Of a stretch of DNA of 64,000 bases, positions 1 to 9,652 are shown one piece after another. The notes below the pieces were generated by a model that did not search any database, was not told the origin of the DNA, and worked only from the letters and a program-made list of their open reading frames with translations. The DNA lies in NCBI GenBank assembly GCA_020635015.1, contig JACKAP010000006.1, positions 76,998 through 140,997 of the forward strand, given 5' to 3'. The translations under genes were made by a program, and so were the position numbers. This DNA comes from Calditrichia bacterium. Its GTDB lineage: Bacteria; Calditrichota; Calditrichia; RBG-13-44-9; J075. Position 1 is the stretch's first letter. Each line of letters opens with the position of its first letter.

Positions 1-1
1 G

Positions 2-940
2 GTGATGAAATCGGCCGGAGAATCGCCCCTGACCTTTGAACGGCCGGAACTGGAACTGGTTGACCGCAACCAAAAAAAGCGCCTGGTGGGCTTTTCGGTG
101 CAGGAATTCACCGATCAAATGAGCGGGGAAGAAGGCTATATCATCTCTCTGAAAGATATCACCTTCACCAAGGAGATCCAGGAAGAGATGCGCCGGGTCG
201 ACCGTCTCGCTTCCCTGGGCGTGATGGCTTCGGGGATCGCCCACGAGATCCGCAATCCCCTGGCGGGCATCAAGGCGATGGCCCAAACCTTCGAGGAAGA
301 GCTGCAGCCAGACGATCCCAAGAACGAATACGTGAAGCGGATCGTGCGCCTGGTGAACCGGTTGGACGATCTGCTGCGCACCCTTTTCTCCTATGCCAAG
401 CCGCCCAAGCCCAACCGGCAGTACTGCAATCTGGATGAAGTGCTGCGGGATGTGTTCAGCCTGATGCGCCAGAAGCTCCGGGAACACAATATCAAACTGA
501 TCAAGCTGATTCATCCGGAATTGCCCCGGGCCTTCGTGGATCCGGGACAGATCCAGCAGGTGCTGGTGAACCTGTTCCTCAACAGCGTGGAGGCGATCAA
601 TAAGAACGGCGAGATTGTCATCTCGATCCAGCCGGTCGGTGAAAAAGAAGCGGCATCCAAGCCCTTCCTTTCCCCGTATCTGATGCTGGGGAAGGCTAAA
701 TTTTTTATCGAGATCCAGATCCGCGATAACGGCTGCGGGATCTCTGAAGAAAACCTCAAGCATATATTCAACCCCTTCTTTACCACCAAGACCTTCGGCA
801 CCGGCCTGGGATTGTCGATCGTCTATCAGATCATCAAAGAAAACGAGGGGTTGATTAATTATGAAAGTGAAGTGGATCAGGGCACGACCTGCTACTTATA
901 TTTACCGGCAGAACAACCCGGTGCCATGATATTGGAATGA
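2..940 (+). CDS. Sensor histidine kinase, C-terminal HisKA/HATPase_c portion (5' end cut by window edge)
   Basis: H-box 'AHEIRNPLAGI', N-box 'LVNLFLNSVEA' and G2-box 'GTGLGLSIV' are present. The ORF runs from the window start to TGA at 938-940. Confidence 0.85.
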   Translation: MMKSAGESPLTFERPELELVDRNQKKRLVGFSVQEFTDQMSGEEGYIISLKDITFTKEIQEEMRRVDRLASLGVMASGIAHEIRNPLAGIKAMAQTFEEELQPDDPKNEYVKRIVRLVNRLDDLLRTLFSYAKPPKPNRQYCNLDEVLRDVFSLMRQKLREHNIKLIKLIHPELPRAFVDPGQIQQVLVNLFLNSVEAINKNGEIVISIQPVGEKEAASKPFLSPYLMLGKAKFFIEIQIRDNGCGISEENLKHIFNPFFTTKTFGTGLGLSIVYQIIKENEGLINYESEVDQGTTCYLYLPAEQPGAMILE

Positions 941-1011
941 TAGACAATCAGGGAGGGACTCCGCCGGATTAAATTGGTTACGAAACTGAATTTGCAGTCA
1001 AGGAATCTTCC

Positions 1012-1808
1012 ATGGTCCGTTTTGGTATTACTGAAGACCTCATTCATCAGCCGCTGCTCTATGCCCTGCAGCATTCCCTCATCGATCACCCGTTTGAATT
1101 GATTTCACAGTCGCCGGCACAAAATACGGCCGACCTGTGCCGTGGCAAGCTGGACGCCGCCCTGATTGGCCCGGTCGACTATGCCCGTAACAGCAGTGAA
1201 TTGCTGCTGGTGCCGGATGTTATCGTCTCCAGCCACGGCGCTGCCCGGCACGGCCTGCTTTATTTCCGGGAGAATCAACAGCATATCAGCCGGGTGGTTT
1301 GCCGGGATCTCGATTCCCAATACCGGGTGCTGGCCGATATGGTCATGAAGGAATTCTTCGAAATCGAGATCGAATGGATATCCCTGCCGGGCGGATTTTC
1401 CCTGGAGAAAGCCCTGGGGAATTCCCGGCCTGCCTGGCCGAAGGCCCGGAAGCGCTCCGGGCTTTTCCCCTGGCGGATAATTTTTTCGATCTCCTGGAAG
1501 CGTGGCGTGATAATGCCGAGCTGGATTATGTGCACTATCTGCTGGCCGTGCCGGAGGCCGGGGAGTGGGAAGCGCGGATGGTCGAGCCGCTGCGCCTCTC
1601 CCGGGAACTGGGATTGCGCAATATCAAAAAAATTGCTCAGGATTTTGCGGGCCCTGCCAAAACGGGATGGGATGCCTATTACGACCTGCTGAACGAGGTG
1701 TACCATTATGCGCCGGACGATGCGCTGTGGACCCATCTGCGCGATTATTTTCAATACCTGTTCTACTACGGCGAAATCGAATTCTTGCCGGAGATGCGGT
1801 TCGTTTGA
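1012..1808 (+). pseudogene. mqnA: Chorismate dehydratase MqnA-like (futalosine menaquinone pathway), split into two frames by an apparent 1-nt frameshift in the G-run near 1412-1420
   Basis: The N-terminal part (frame of 1012) 'VRFGITEDLIHQPLLYAL...LDAALIGPVDYAR...SLEKAL' and the C-terminal part (frame of 1299) 'GEFPACLAEGPEAL...YLFYYGEIEFLPEMRFV' together make about 265 aa of MqnA/DUF178-like sequence. Neither frame alone is complete. Confidence 0.5.
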
Positions 1809-1871
1809 TGAGCGAAGTCTGTGATGGTACATTGAATGCGAAGTTTCTTGTCGTTTTCAATCCGGTGTTAG

Positions 1872-1937
1872 TTGTGGGTGATTGGTTGTTGGGTAAGATA
1901 GGTCTTTGCCAATGACCAATGACCAATCACCAATCGC
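1872..1937. repeat. Inverted heptamer arrays (GGTTGTT / CCAATCA-type) flanking the core TAAGATAGGTCTTTGCCAA
   Basis: gtgattggttgttgggTAAGATAGGTCTTTGCCAAtgaccaatgaccaatcaccaatc. Related copies are at 5541-5624 and 20792-20855. Confidence 0.8.
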
Positions 1938-2020
1938 AGTTCCTTAAATCTAAAGAACTTAGTGTGCCGTGTAGCAGTGTTTAAAAAAATTTAACCCATA
2001 AAACCGAGAGGCTTGCCGGC

Positions 2021-3217
2021 GTGGATTCCAAGAAAGCGGAACAGCGTTACCTGGATGAAATATCACTTCTGACCAGCAAGGAAGTGGAAGACTATATCCT
2101 GCTCAACCTGAAAAGGATCCGGGAGCGCCGCCGCAAGTTCGATATTCCGGTGATCGGCATTGCCGGTTCAGAGGGAAAAACCACCACCAAGCGGATGCTT
2201 TCGGCCATCCTGCGCCCGGCCCACCAGGTGTTGGAGACCCCGCCCAACTGCTCGACCGCCTCCGGGGTAACCGCCACCCTGCTGGAGATGAACCAGACCC
2301 ATCAATACGCCCTGCTGGAACTGGGGATTGTCAAATCCAAACAGTTTGAACTGGCGGTGCAGGTCGCCGAACCGACCATCGCCGCGATAACCAACATCGG
2401 AGAGGCGCATCTGGCCAACCTGGGCGATAAATACCACATCGCCGATGCCAAGGTCGAGCTGATCAAGCGTCTGCCCCCGGATGGCTATGCGGTGCTGAAT
2501 ATCGATGATGACCTGGTCAGCGAGCTTGCCGCCCATTCGACCAGCCGGAGGGTGATCAAGTTCGGCTTAAATAAAAATGCCCAATTCTTTGCCAATAAGA
2601 TCGAATATCTGGGGCCGGAGGGAATCCGCTTTCACGTGAACGGCTTTTATCCCTTCCACATGCCGATTTACGGTTCTGCCTCAATCTATAATGCCCTGCT
2701 GGCGATTTCGGTGGCCCGGTTGCTGGAGATCGAATTTGAGGAGATCCAGGAAGGGCTGGAGCAGCGTTTTTCCCTGCTCGATCACACCGGCAATCTGACC
2801 CGCCGCGACAATATCAATATCCTCGATTATACCTACGATGCCTCGATCAACTCAGTCACCAAGGCCTGCGAGTCGCTGGCCCAGTTTAAACCCTTCTCGG
2901 AAAAGCTGATCCTGGTGATCGGCGATATCCGCAATCCCGGGCCGGATGTGGCCGGCACCCACCTGAAAATGGGCTACTATATCGCCGCCCAGCCGATCGA
3001 TGTGGTGTTGACCATCGGCGAGGATGCCCGCCTGATCGGCGAGGGAATCCGGCGACTCAATCACACCAAAAAGATCGTGGAATGCAGCGGCGATGCACCC
3101 ACGCTTCTGGAGCGGCTCGCTGCCCACCTGACCCCGAACAGCACCGTGCTGTTTATCGGCAGCAAGGAGCTGCACCTGGAGGATACGCTGCAGGCGCTGC
3201 TGAAGATGATTGGGTGA
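2021..3217 (+). CDS. Mur ligase family protein (MurF/FolC-like ATP-dependent amide ligase)
   Basis: Mur-ligase P-loop 'VIGIAGSEGKTTTKRML'; GTG start at 2021; 398 aa. Confidence 0.75.
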   Translation: MDSKKAEQRYLDEISLLTSKEVEDYILLNLKRIRERRRKFDIPVIGIAGSEGKTTTKRMLSAILRPAHQVLETPPNCSTASGVTATLLEMNQTHQYALLELGIVKSKQFELAVQVAEPTIAAITNIGEAHLANLGDKYHIADAKVELIKRLPPDGYAVLNIDDDLVSELAAHSTSRRVIKFGLNKNAQFFANKIEYLGPEGIRFHVNGFYPFHMPIYGSASIYNALLAISVARLLEIEFEEIQEGLEQRFSLLDHTGNLTRRDNINILDYTYDASINSVTKACESLAQFKPFSEKLILVIGDIRNPGPDVAGTHLKMGYYIAAQPIDVVLTIGEDARLIGEGIRRLNHTKKIVECSGDAPTLLERLAAHLTPNSTVLFIGSKELHLEDTLQALLKMIG

Positions 3218-3327
3218 ATGGGTTAATGGGTGGATGGGTTAATGGGTAAGAACGGATGTACGTCAACTGATTTTACACCCATTCACTCATTCACCCATTC
3301 ACTCATTCACCCATTCACCCATTCACG
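3212..3327. repeat. Mirrored heptamer tracts: G-rich (TGGGTGA/TGGGTTA)n followed by C-rich (CCATTCA)n; large hairpin and G-quadruplex potential
   Basis: gggtgaatgggttaatgggtggatgggttaatgggtaag ... cccattcactcattcacccattcactcattcacccattcacccattcacg. Confidence 0.8.
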
Positions 3328-3438
3328 TTTTTTATATTCCCCCATTGTAAATATCCCATAAAAGCTTTACCTTTAACTCTTTCGAGCCGGAAATGTCAGA
3401 ATTTATTGTGTTGATTTTTTTGAAGTTAAAGGTTTTGT

Positions 3439-4056
3439 ATGATTCACCAGGACATTCACTTTGACACGCCCCACACCCGCACCATCCATAGCGCCGTGGA
3501 AGCGCTGGAAAAGGGCGGCAGCATTATTTATCCCACGGATACGGTCTATGGGATCGGATGCAGCATTTACCGCAAAAGTGCGATCGAACGGCTCTACAAG
3601 ATCAAGGGAAAGTCGAAGTTCGATCCCATGAGCCTGATCTGCAACTCCATCCAGCAGGCGGCGGAGTATGCCCAGATTTCCAATACCGTCTTCCGGATTC
3701 TCAAGCGTTGTTTTCCAGGGCCATACACCGTGGTGCTGCCCGCCAAGCACGGCATTGCCAAGCTGATGCTGTCGCGCCAGAAGGAGATCGGTATCCGCAT
3801 TCCGGACAGCCCGGTTTGCCAGATGCTGGTAGAGGGATTGGGCCACCCGCTGCTCAATACCTCGGTGAATGTATTCTTTGACGAAGACTGGTTTGATGAG
3901 GGGGAAGACACTGAAAAATTTCTCGATTTCGCGGAAATTTTTCTCGATGCCGGCCCGCTTCCGGAAAGTCGGGAATCGACCGTGGTGAAGATCCACGATC
4001 ACGAGATCGAGATTCTCCGCGAGGGCAAAGGGGATCCGGAGGTGTTGTTTTATTGA
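3439..4056 (+). CDS. tsaC: L-threonylcarbamoyladenylate synthase (YrdC/TsaC family)
   Basis: 'IIYPTDTVYGIGCS' and the overall YrdC fold pattern; 205 aa. Confidence 0.85.
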   Translation: MIHQDIHFDTPHTRTIHSAVEALEKGGSIIYPTDTVYGIGCSIYRKSAIERLYKIKGKSKFDPMSLICNSIQQAAEYAQISNTVFRILKRCFPGPYTVVLPAKHGIAKLMLSRQKEIGIRIPDSPVCQMLVEGLGHPLLNTSVNVFFDEDWFDEGEDTEKFLDFAEIFLDAGPLPESRESTVVKIHDHEIEILREGKGDPEVLFY

Positions 4057-4099
4057 GGCCGTGCCCGTCGCGCCGGATTGCGCATGGAAGGGCACGTAT

Positions 4100-4180
4100 G
4101 TAGGGTAGGGTCGCGACCCTACCCTACGCGCGCGAATGGTGCAAACATCCAACATCCAACATCCGACATTCGAAACATCA
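4100..4180. repeat. REP-like perfect palindrome GTAGGGTAGGGTCGCGACCCTACCCTAC followed by an (ACATCCA)n tract
   Basis: Seen directly in sequence. A second copy of the palindrome is at 60768-60792, also immediately after a stop codon. Confidence 0.8.
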
Positions 4181-4192
4181 CAAGGAGTTCAC

Positions 4193-4579
4193 ATGAAAAA
4201 AATCATCCGCACCGACAAAGCGCCCCTCCCGGTGGGGCCGTACAATCAGGCGGTCGTCATCAATGGGCTGGTGTTTACCGCCGGGCAGATCGCGATCGAT
4301 CCGGCGACCAATCAACTGCTGCCCGGGGATGTGGAAGCCCAAACCCGGCTGGTGATGGAGAATCTCCGCGCTTTGCTGAATGCGGCCGGCGCCAGCCTGG
4401 AAAGGGTGATCAAAACCACCATTTTTCTCAAGGATATGAATGATTTTCCCCGGGTGAATGCGGTTTACGGCAGTTTCTTTGAAGCAGCCAGTGCCCCGGC
4501 ACGCTCCACCGTCGAGGTGAGCCGCCTGCCGAAAGACGTGCTGGTGGAGATCGAGTGTATCGCCGAAGTGAACGGATAA
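4193..4579 (+). CDS. ridA: RidA/YjgF family reactive-intermediate deaminase
   Basis: 'PVGPYNQAVVINGLVFTAGQI...' is typical of RidA. ATG at 4193 is preceded by AAGGAG; the ORF-track start at 4136 lies in the repeat. Confidence 0.85.
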   Translation: MKKIIRTDKAPLPVGPYNQAVVINGLVFTAGQIAIDPATNQLLPGDVEAQTRLVMENLRALLNAAGASLERVIKTTIFLKDMNDFPRVNAVYGSFFEAASAPARSTVEVSRLPKDVLVEIECIAEVNG

Positions 4580-4582
4580 CGC

Positions 4583-5476
4583 TTGCCGGCGGCCTATCAT
4601 CTGATCTTTAATCCTGCTGCCGGAAGGGGACGGGCGATACGGGAAACCGCTGCCGTGAGCGCCGAAGTGCGCCGGCAACTGGGAGATGTCGCCATCTACC
4701 ATACCGATCGGAAGGGACACGCCGCGGAGATCGCCGCCTCCCTCCGCGGGCAGGGGGTGACGGTGATTGCCGCCGGAGGTGACGGCACCGTTCACGAGAT
4801 CGTCAACGGGCTGGTGGGAGGCAATTGCACCCTGGGCATCATCCCGATCGGCAGCGGCAACGATTTTGTCAAAATGCTCAACCTGAAGGGCGGCGACTGG
4901 CGTAGCGCGGTGGCGGCGATTCGCCGCGGGCACACCCTGCAGGCAGACGTCGGAAAGGTCGGAGCGGTGTATTTTCCCAACGGGGTGGGGATCGGTTTCG
5001 ATGCCGAGGCGCTGATCGAAAGCCATAAGATGAAGCATTTGAAGGGATTTGCGCTCTATTTCGCTTCGGTGCTGAAAGCACTGCGCCGCTATCGCAACCG
5101 CACCGTGACCCTCACCATCGACGGCCGGCGTCAGACCCGGGAGATTTTCCTGATCGCGGTCGGGAATGGCGAGTGTGCCGGCGGCGGGTTTTACCTGACC
5201 CCCGGGGCGCGGATCGACGACGGCCGGCTGGATGTCTGCATCGCCCGGGCGCTGAAATTAAGCGAGATCCTGCTGCTGCTGCCCCGGGTGGTCAAAGGGA
5301 AGCATATCGGCATGCCGCAGGTGGAATATTTGCAGGCGGAACATCTGCGGATTGAATCCGCGCAGGGCATTCCGGCTCATGCCGACGGCGAATTGCTGGG
5401 AGCGGATCTCCGGGAACTGGAAATCGAACTTCTCCCCGCCGCCCTGAAAGTGATCCATAACCTGAATCCGGATTGA
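4583..5476 (+). CDS. Diacylglycerol kinase catalytic-domain lipid kinase (YegS/DagK family)
   Basis: 'VIAAGGDGTVHEIVNGL' and 'GIIPIGSGNDF' motifs; TTG start. Confidence 0.8.
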   Translation: MPAAYHLIFNPAAGRGRAIRETAAVSAEVRRQLGDVAIYHTDRKGHAAEIAASLRGQGVTVIAAGGDGTVHEIVNGLVGGNCTLGIIPIGSGNDFVKMLNLKGGDWRSAVAAIRRGHTLQADVGKVGAVYFPNGVGIGFDAEALIESHKMKHLKGFALYFASVLKALRRYRNRTVTLTIDGRRQTREIFLIAVGNGECAGGGFYLTPGARIDDGRLDVCIARALKLSEILLLLPRVVKGKHIGMPQVEYLQAEHLRIESAQGIPAHADGELLGADLRELEIELLPAALKVIHNLNPD

Positions 5477-5540
5477 GTTTGGGCGTATATTGAAATTGTT
5501 GATGGGGTGGTGTGCTGTGTTCAAGTTGTTTGCGGTTTTA

Positions 5541-5624
5541 GATCGTTGTTGGTTGTTGGCTTTTGGTTAAAGACCAAAGACCAACAACCAAGGACCAACA
5601 ACCAAGGACCAACAACCAACAAGG
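5541..5624. repeat. Inverted heptamer arrays (GGTTGTT)n ... (CCAACAA/CCAAGGA)n
   Basis: gttgttggttgttggcttttggttaaagaccaaagaccaacaaccaaggaccaacaaccaaggaccaacaaccaacaagg. Confidence 0.8.
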
Positions 5625-5625
5625 T

Positions 5626-6132
5626 ATGCTGTTGAAAAACCTTTGTTTATACATTTTTGTTCTGGCCCTGTGGAGCGTTGCCGGCCGGGCGCAGACAACC
5701 GCGGATAGCAGCACTGTCAATATTGTGAGCAGCGCCGGGATCGATACTCTGCGCCTGCTGTCCGACGAGCCGCTGAAATCCCCGATGGGAGCGATGCTGC
5801 GTTCGGCACTATTGCCGGGGTGGGGGCAGCTTTATAACCGCTCCTACATCAAGAGCGGGGTGGTTGTGGCTGTCCACGGATTTCTGCTCTACAAAGTGCT
5901 GGATAATAACCGGCGCTGGCTGGATCTGCGCAAGGTAAAAGACCCCGGGCGCTACAACGCCAAAGATACCCGTAATCGCTATATCTGGTATACCGGCCTG
6001 GCCTATCTGCTCAACCTGGTCGATGCCTATGTCGATGCCTATTTGTTCGGCTTTGACGATGTCATCGATCTCACCTGGCAGCCGCTGCCGGGGCAAAATA
6101 GCCAGACCCTGACCCTCCACATCAAATTATAA
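5626..6132 (+). CDS. Secreted hypothetical protein (DUF5683-like, 'LLPGWGQLYN' motif)
   Basis: ATG at 5626 gives the signal peptide MLLKNLCLYIFVLALWSVAGRAQ. The upstream part of the listed ORF translates the heptamer repeat. Confidence 0.6.
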   Translation: MLLKNLCLYIFVLALWSVAGRAQTTADSSTVNIVSSAGIDTLRLLSDEPLKSPMGAMLRSALLPGWGQLYNRSYIKSGVVVAVHGFLLYKVLDNNRRWLDLRKVKDPGRYNAKDTRNRYIWYTGLAYLLNLVDAYVDAYLFGFDDVIDLTWQPLPGQNSQTLTLHIKL

Positions 6133-6141
6133 CCGGCGTCT

Positions 6142-7098
6142 GTGAGTGAATTGATTCGAATCCTGGACTATCTCTACCTTACCCGCCCGGTGCTGTTCTT
6201 CCCGGGCTGGGCCACTCTCCTGGCGGGTTACCTGGTGGCTGCCGGTGATGCCGGCCGGATCCTGCCGCTGCCGCCGGAAATCCGGCCCCTGTTCTGGCAC
6301 GGAGGCATCGTCACCGCCATGCTCAGCTTTGCCGGGGCGATGGGGGGAAGCTTTATCCTCAATCAGCTCCAGGATGTCGATAGCGACCGCAAAAATCAAA
6401 AACTTTTCCTGCTGGGAGACGGCCTGGTGCCGCTGCGTCACGGCTATATCGAGAGCGCGCTGCTGCTCGGAGGCAGCCTCCTCGCTGCCGTTGTCTGTGG
6501 CCTTCAGTATGCGGCTTTTACAGCGGTTTTTATCCTGGTGACCGGCTATCTGTACAATTATCCGCCGTTCCGTTTCAAGGATTATCCCCTCCGCGGCCTG
6601 ATTGCCAATATGCTAATGGGCTGGCTGGCTTTCATCCTGGGCGGGCTGCTGCTGACCGCTTTCAACCATATCCTGTTGCTGCAGTCGCTGCCCTACCTGG
6701 CCTATAATACGGCCCTCTACTTCCTGACCACCATCCCGGACCGGGAAGGGGACGCGGCGGTGAAGAAAGTAACCTTCCCGGTTCGTTACGGATTTTCCGC
6801 CACCTTATGGATCAGCAGCGGCTGTTATCTCCTGGCCGCTTTGCTGGGATGCTACCTGGGAGATCAATTCCTGCTGATCATCCTGGCCGCGGTCGCCCCT
6901 TTCTGGCTCTATGCCCTGATCCGCCATACATCTGCGGCGGTGATAATTGCGCTGAAAATGGGTATTTTCTTTTTTTCGATAGGTGTATGTATTAAATTCC
7001 CCCTGTTTGGCGTATTGATCATTGCGACCTACTATGTGACGCGATTTTACTACAAAAGACGGTTCAACTTCGATTATCCCAATTTCAAAGGCCGATAA
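6142..7098 (+). CDS. UbiA-family polyprenyltransferase (integral membrane)
   Basis: Asp-rich motif 'NQLQDVDSDRKN' and multiple TM helices; GTG start. Confidence 0.7.
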   Translation: MSELIRILDYLYLTRPVLFFPGWATLLAGYLVAAGDAGRILPLPPEIRPLFWHGGIVTAMLSFAGAMGGSFILNQLQDVDSDRKNQKLFLLGDGLVPLRHGYIESALLLGGSLLAAVVCGLQYAAFTAVFILVTGYLYNYPPFRFKDYPLRGLIANMLMGWLAFILGGLLLTAFNHILLLQSLPYLAYNTALYFLTTIPDREGDAAVKKVTFPVRYGFSATLWISSGCYLLAALLGCYLGDQFLLIILAAVAPFWLYALIRHTSAAVIIALKMGIFFFSIGVCIKFPLFGVLIIATYYVTRFYYKRRFNFDYPNFKGR

Positions 7099-7194
7099 TC
7101 GGCGGTTATTGGAAAAACGCGCGAGATGAATGTGAGATTTATTATTTGCGGGTGAAATTAGTTATATATTTTAAAACGGTTCATAGCAAAAAGA

Positions 7195-8601
7195 TTGTCA
7201 ATGGATACGGTACTTAGTCAAATATTTCTCTATCTGGCCAGCATATACATGATCAATGGCATATTGATCAATATCTTTCGCCGTTTGAAGTTAGCCGATT
7301 TTATCGCTCACATATTGACCGGGATCGTCTTTAGCCTGTTGCTGATGGGGTGGGGCGAGTTTTTCGGCAGCGCGGGAACCGCCCCGTTTAACCACAACGG
7401 CCAGCTGGATCTTTTCTTTCGCCAATCCCAGTTGAACAGCGCTGCGGCGGAAGGGGATACGCTGAATCCGGTGCTGTCGCCGGACAGCGCCGCCATGCCG
7501 GTTGCCGGGGAAACAAATGCCCGGGTCGATGCGCTGCCGCCGGAAATCGCGGCGGCGGATAATCCCGACGCCCACTTCCTGCTGCTGATCAAATTCATGA
7601 TCACGGTTGGGTTGCTGCTCTTCCTGATGCAGTTGGGGCTGAACTTTGATCCCCGGTTCTTCCGGATGAAGAAGGAGGAGAACACCTGGCGCCAGGTGGG
7701 CATCTTCGCCGGCCTGACCGCGCTGATCGTCGGTCTGAGCAGCTACTTCCTGGTGCTGGAGCGCGACCTGCTGCTGTCCGGCCTGACCGTGATCGCTTTT
7801 CTCAGCATCCACATCGGTGCGGTGCTCTCCTATAATTTCCCAGTCTCCGCCCGCATGCAGCGGCCTTTCATCTTCCTGATCCAGTTGGCGATCCTGCTGG
7901 ATATTATCGTGATCGGCATCTATTCCGCCCTGGAAATTTATGTCAAATATCAAAATTATACCTTTTCTAAGCATGGTATTCACGGCATCTATTTGCTGAT
8001 CCTGCTGTTGTTCGTCATCCCGATTGTCTTCAACAAGGCCTCCGTCGCCATCTTCAAGACCTTATCCAAATGGATGGGAGAATATACCCTACTGCTCAAA
8101 CTGGGTATCCTGTTTTTCTTCTTTTATGCCGGCTTCCAGGCGGAGCTGTCGGTGCTGCTGCTGGGATTGTGGGCGGGACTGCTCTTCAATGCCCTGATGG
8201 ACATCTCCGAATTCGAATTTCGCCAGAAATTTTTTGCCGGGGCTTCGTTTCTTTATATCCTGCCGTTTGTCGAAATCGGGCGCTCATTGTTTTTTGGCGA
8301 ATTATATCAGCGCGGGTTTTGGATACACCTGGGGGTGATGATCGGTGCTCTGGTGCTGGTTTCCCTGGTGATGGGATTTCTCCAGCGGGGTGAACGGCAA
8401 TATCCGCTGGTCATTTCCGCCGGAACCTTTCCGCGGGGCGAATTGACCGTGTTGATCATCTGGCTGTTCAAGGAGATCGGCTGGATCCCGCTTTCGGTGT
8501 TTACCCTGCTGGTGGTGGTGGTGATCGTCACCAATCTGATCGGGACGGTAATGGGAAAGATCTTGTTCATCCGGCCGCTGCGGCGACAGATGCGCACCTG
8601 A
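7195..8601 (+). CDS. Polytopic membrane protein, cation/proton-antiporter-like
   Basis: At least 10 hydrophobic helices with an Ala/Pro-rich insertion; the family call is weak. Confidence 0.45.
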   Translation: MSMDTVLSQIFLYLASIYMINGILINIFRRLKLADFIAHILTGIVFSLLLMGWGEFFGSAGTAPFNHNGQLDLFFRQSQLNSAAAEGDTLNPVLSPDSAAMPVAGETNARVDALPPEIAAADNPDAHFLLLIKFMITVGLLLFLMQLGLNFDPRFFRMKKEENTWRQVGIFAGLTALIVGLSSYFLVLERDLLLSGLTVIAFLSIHIGAVLSYNFPVSARMQRPFIFLIQLAILLDIIVIGIYSALEIYVKYQNYTFSKHGIHGIYLLILLLFVIPIVFNKASVAIFKTLSKWMGEYTLLLKLGILFFFFYAGFQAELSVLLLGLWAGLLFNALMDISEFEFRQKFFAGASFLYILPFVEIGRSLFFGELYQRGFWIHLGVMIGALVLVSLVMGFLQRGERQYPLVISAGTFPRGELTVLIIWLFKEIGWIPLSVFTLLVVVVIVTNLIGTVMGKILFIRPLRRQMRT

Positions 8602-8636
8602 GCGCGGTTCATTCTAACCTGGAAGGAAAATACTTC

Positions 8637-9560
8637 ATGGCTTCGATTTTCGATAAGATCAAACAAGGATTCAGCAGAACCCGAGAGCAGGTCTTTGACC
8701 GCATCAATCACGCTATCAATGCCAAGAAAAAGATCGATGATGAGCTGCTGGAAGAAATCGAGGAAATCCTGATCTCCGGTGATGTCGGGGTGGAGACCAC
8801 CCTGGAGATCATCGAAAACGTCAAGCAGCGGGTGCGGAAAGAGAAGTATGAAGAATCGCACGAACTCTATCGGATCCTGCGCGAGGAAGTAGCGGGCATC
8901 TTTCCGGAGAAGCAATTCCGGGAAGATGGGCTGAGCAACCGGCCTTATGTGATCCTGGTGATCGGGGTGAACGGCACCGGCAAGACCACCACCATCGGCA
9001 AGCTGGCCAACCGTTTTCGCCAGCAGGGCAAGAAAGTGCTGCTGGCGGCGGGCGATACCTTCCGGGCGGCGGCCATCGAGCAGTTGGAGATCTGGGCGCA
9101 GCGGGTGAATGTCGACCTTGTCAAGCACCAATTTGGCGCCGATCCCGGGGCAGTGGCCTTCGACGCCATCCAGGCGGGGCGCTCGCGCCAGGCGGATGTG
9201 GTGATTATCGATACCGCCGGGCGGCTGCATACCAAAGTGAACTTGATGGAAGAGCTGAAAAAGGTGCAGCGGGTGATCCAGAAAGTGGACCCGGGCGCCC
9301 CCCATCTCAATCTGCTGGTTCTCGACGGCACCACCGGCCAGAATGCCCTCAACCAGGCCCGCCAGTTTATCGATGCCGTGGGGGTGGACGGCATCGTGCT
9401 GACTAAGCTCGACGGCACCGCCAAAGGCGGGGCGGTGATCGGGATCGCCCACCAGTTGAAACTGCCGGTAGAATACATCGGGGTGGGGGAGGGGATCGAT
9501 GATCTCCAGCCGTTTGATCCTCAACTCTATGCGGAAAGCCTTTTCGCAAATGCGGAATGA
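8637..9560 (+). CDS. ftsY: Signal recognition particle receptor FtsY
   Basis: '[17 protein letters not shown]', 'DTAGRLH' and '[11 protein letters not shown]' SRP-GTPase motifs. Confidence 0.95.
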   Translation: MASIFDKIKQGFSRTREQVFDRINHAINAKKKIDDELLEEIEEILISGDVGVETTLEIIENVKQRVRKEKYEESHELYRILREEVAGIFPEKQFREDGLSNRPYVILVIGVNGTGKTTTIGKLANRFRQQGKKVLLAAGDTFRAAAIEQLEIWAQRVNVDLVKHQFGADPGAVAFDAIQAGRSRQADVVIIDTAGRLHTKVNLMEELKKVQRVIQKVDPGAPHLNLLVLDGTTGQNALNQARQFIDAVGVDGIVLTKLDGTAKGGAVIGIAHQLKLPVEYIGVGEGIDDLQPFDPQLYAESLFANAE

Positions 9561-9593
9561 ACCGCATCCAGCATCCAGCATCCAGCACCGAGC
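9561..9593. repeat. (GCATCCA)n heptamer tract
   Basis: accgcatccagcatccagcatccagcaccgagc. Confidence 0.8.
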
Positions 9594-9652
9594 AAATTAA
9601 CCCGTTCAGGGGATAGCATTCATAAAAACAATTTTGTATATCTCAACTGATT

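Noticed and set aside
1012-1808. Two separate genes (1012..1692 and 1299..1808)
   Set aside because: Each frame carries only half of an MqnA-like protein and the tail of each listed ORF is out-of-frame noise. A single frameshifted gene is the simpler reading.
8307-9581. Long antisense ORFs overlapping well-supported genes (for example 8307..9581-, 9620..10588-, 3403..4155-, 4178..5038-, 19584..20768-, 24073..25278-, 36671..37954+, 40714..41841+, 43964..45175-, 55685..57106-, 61113..61961-)
   Set aside because: These are typical GC-rich shadow ORFs: low-complexity Arg/Gly/Pro-rich translations with no family signal, each opposite a gene with clear homology.
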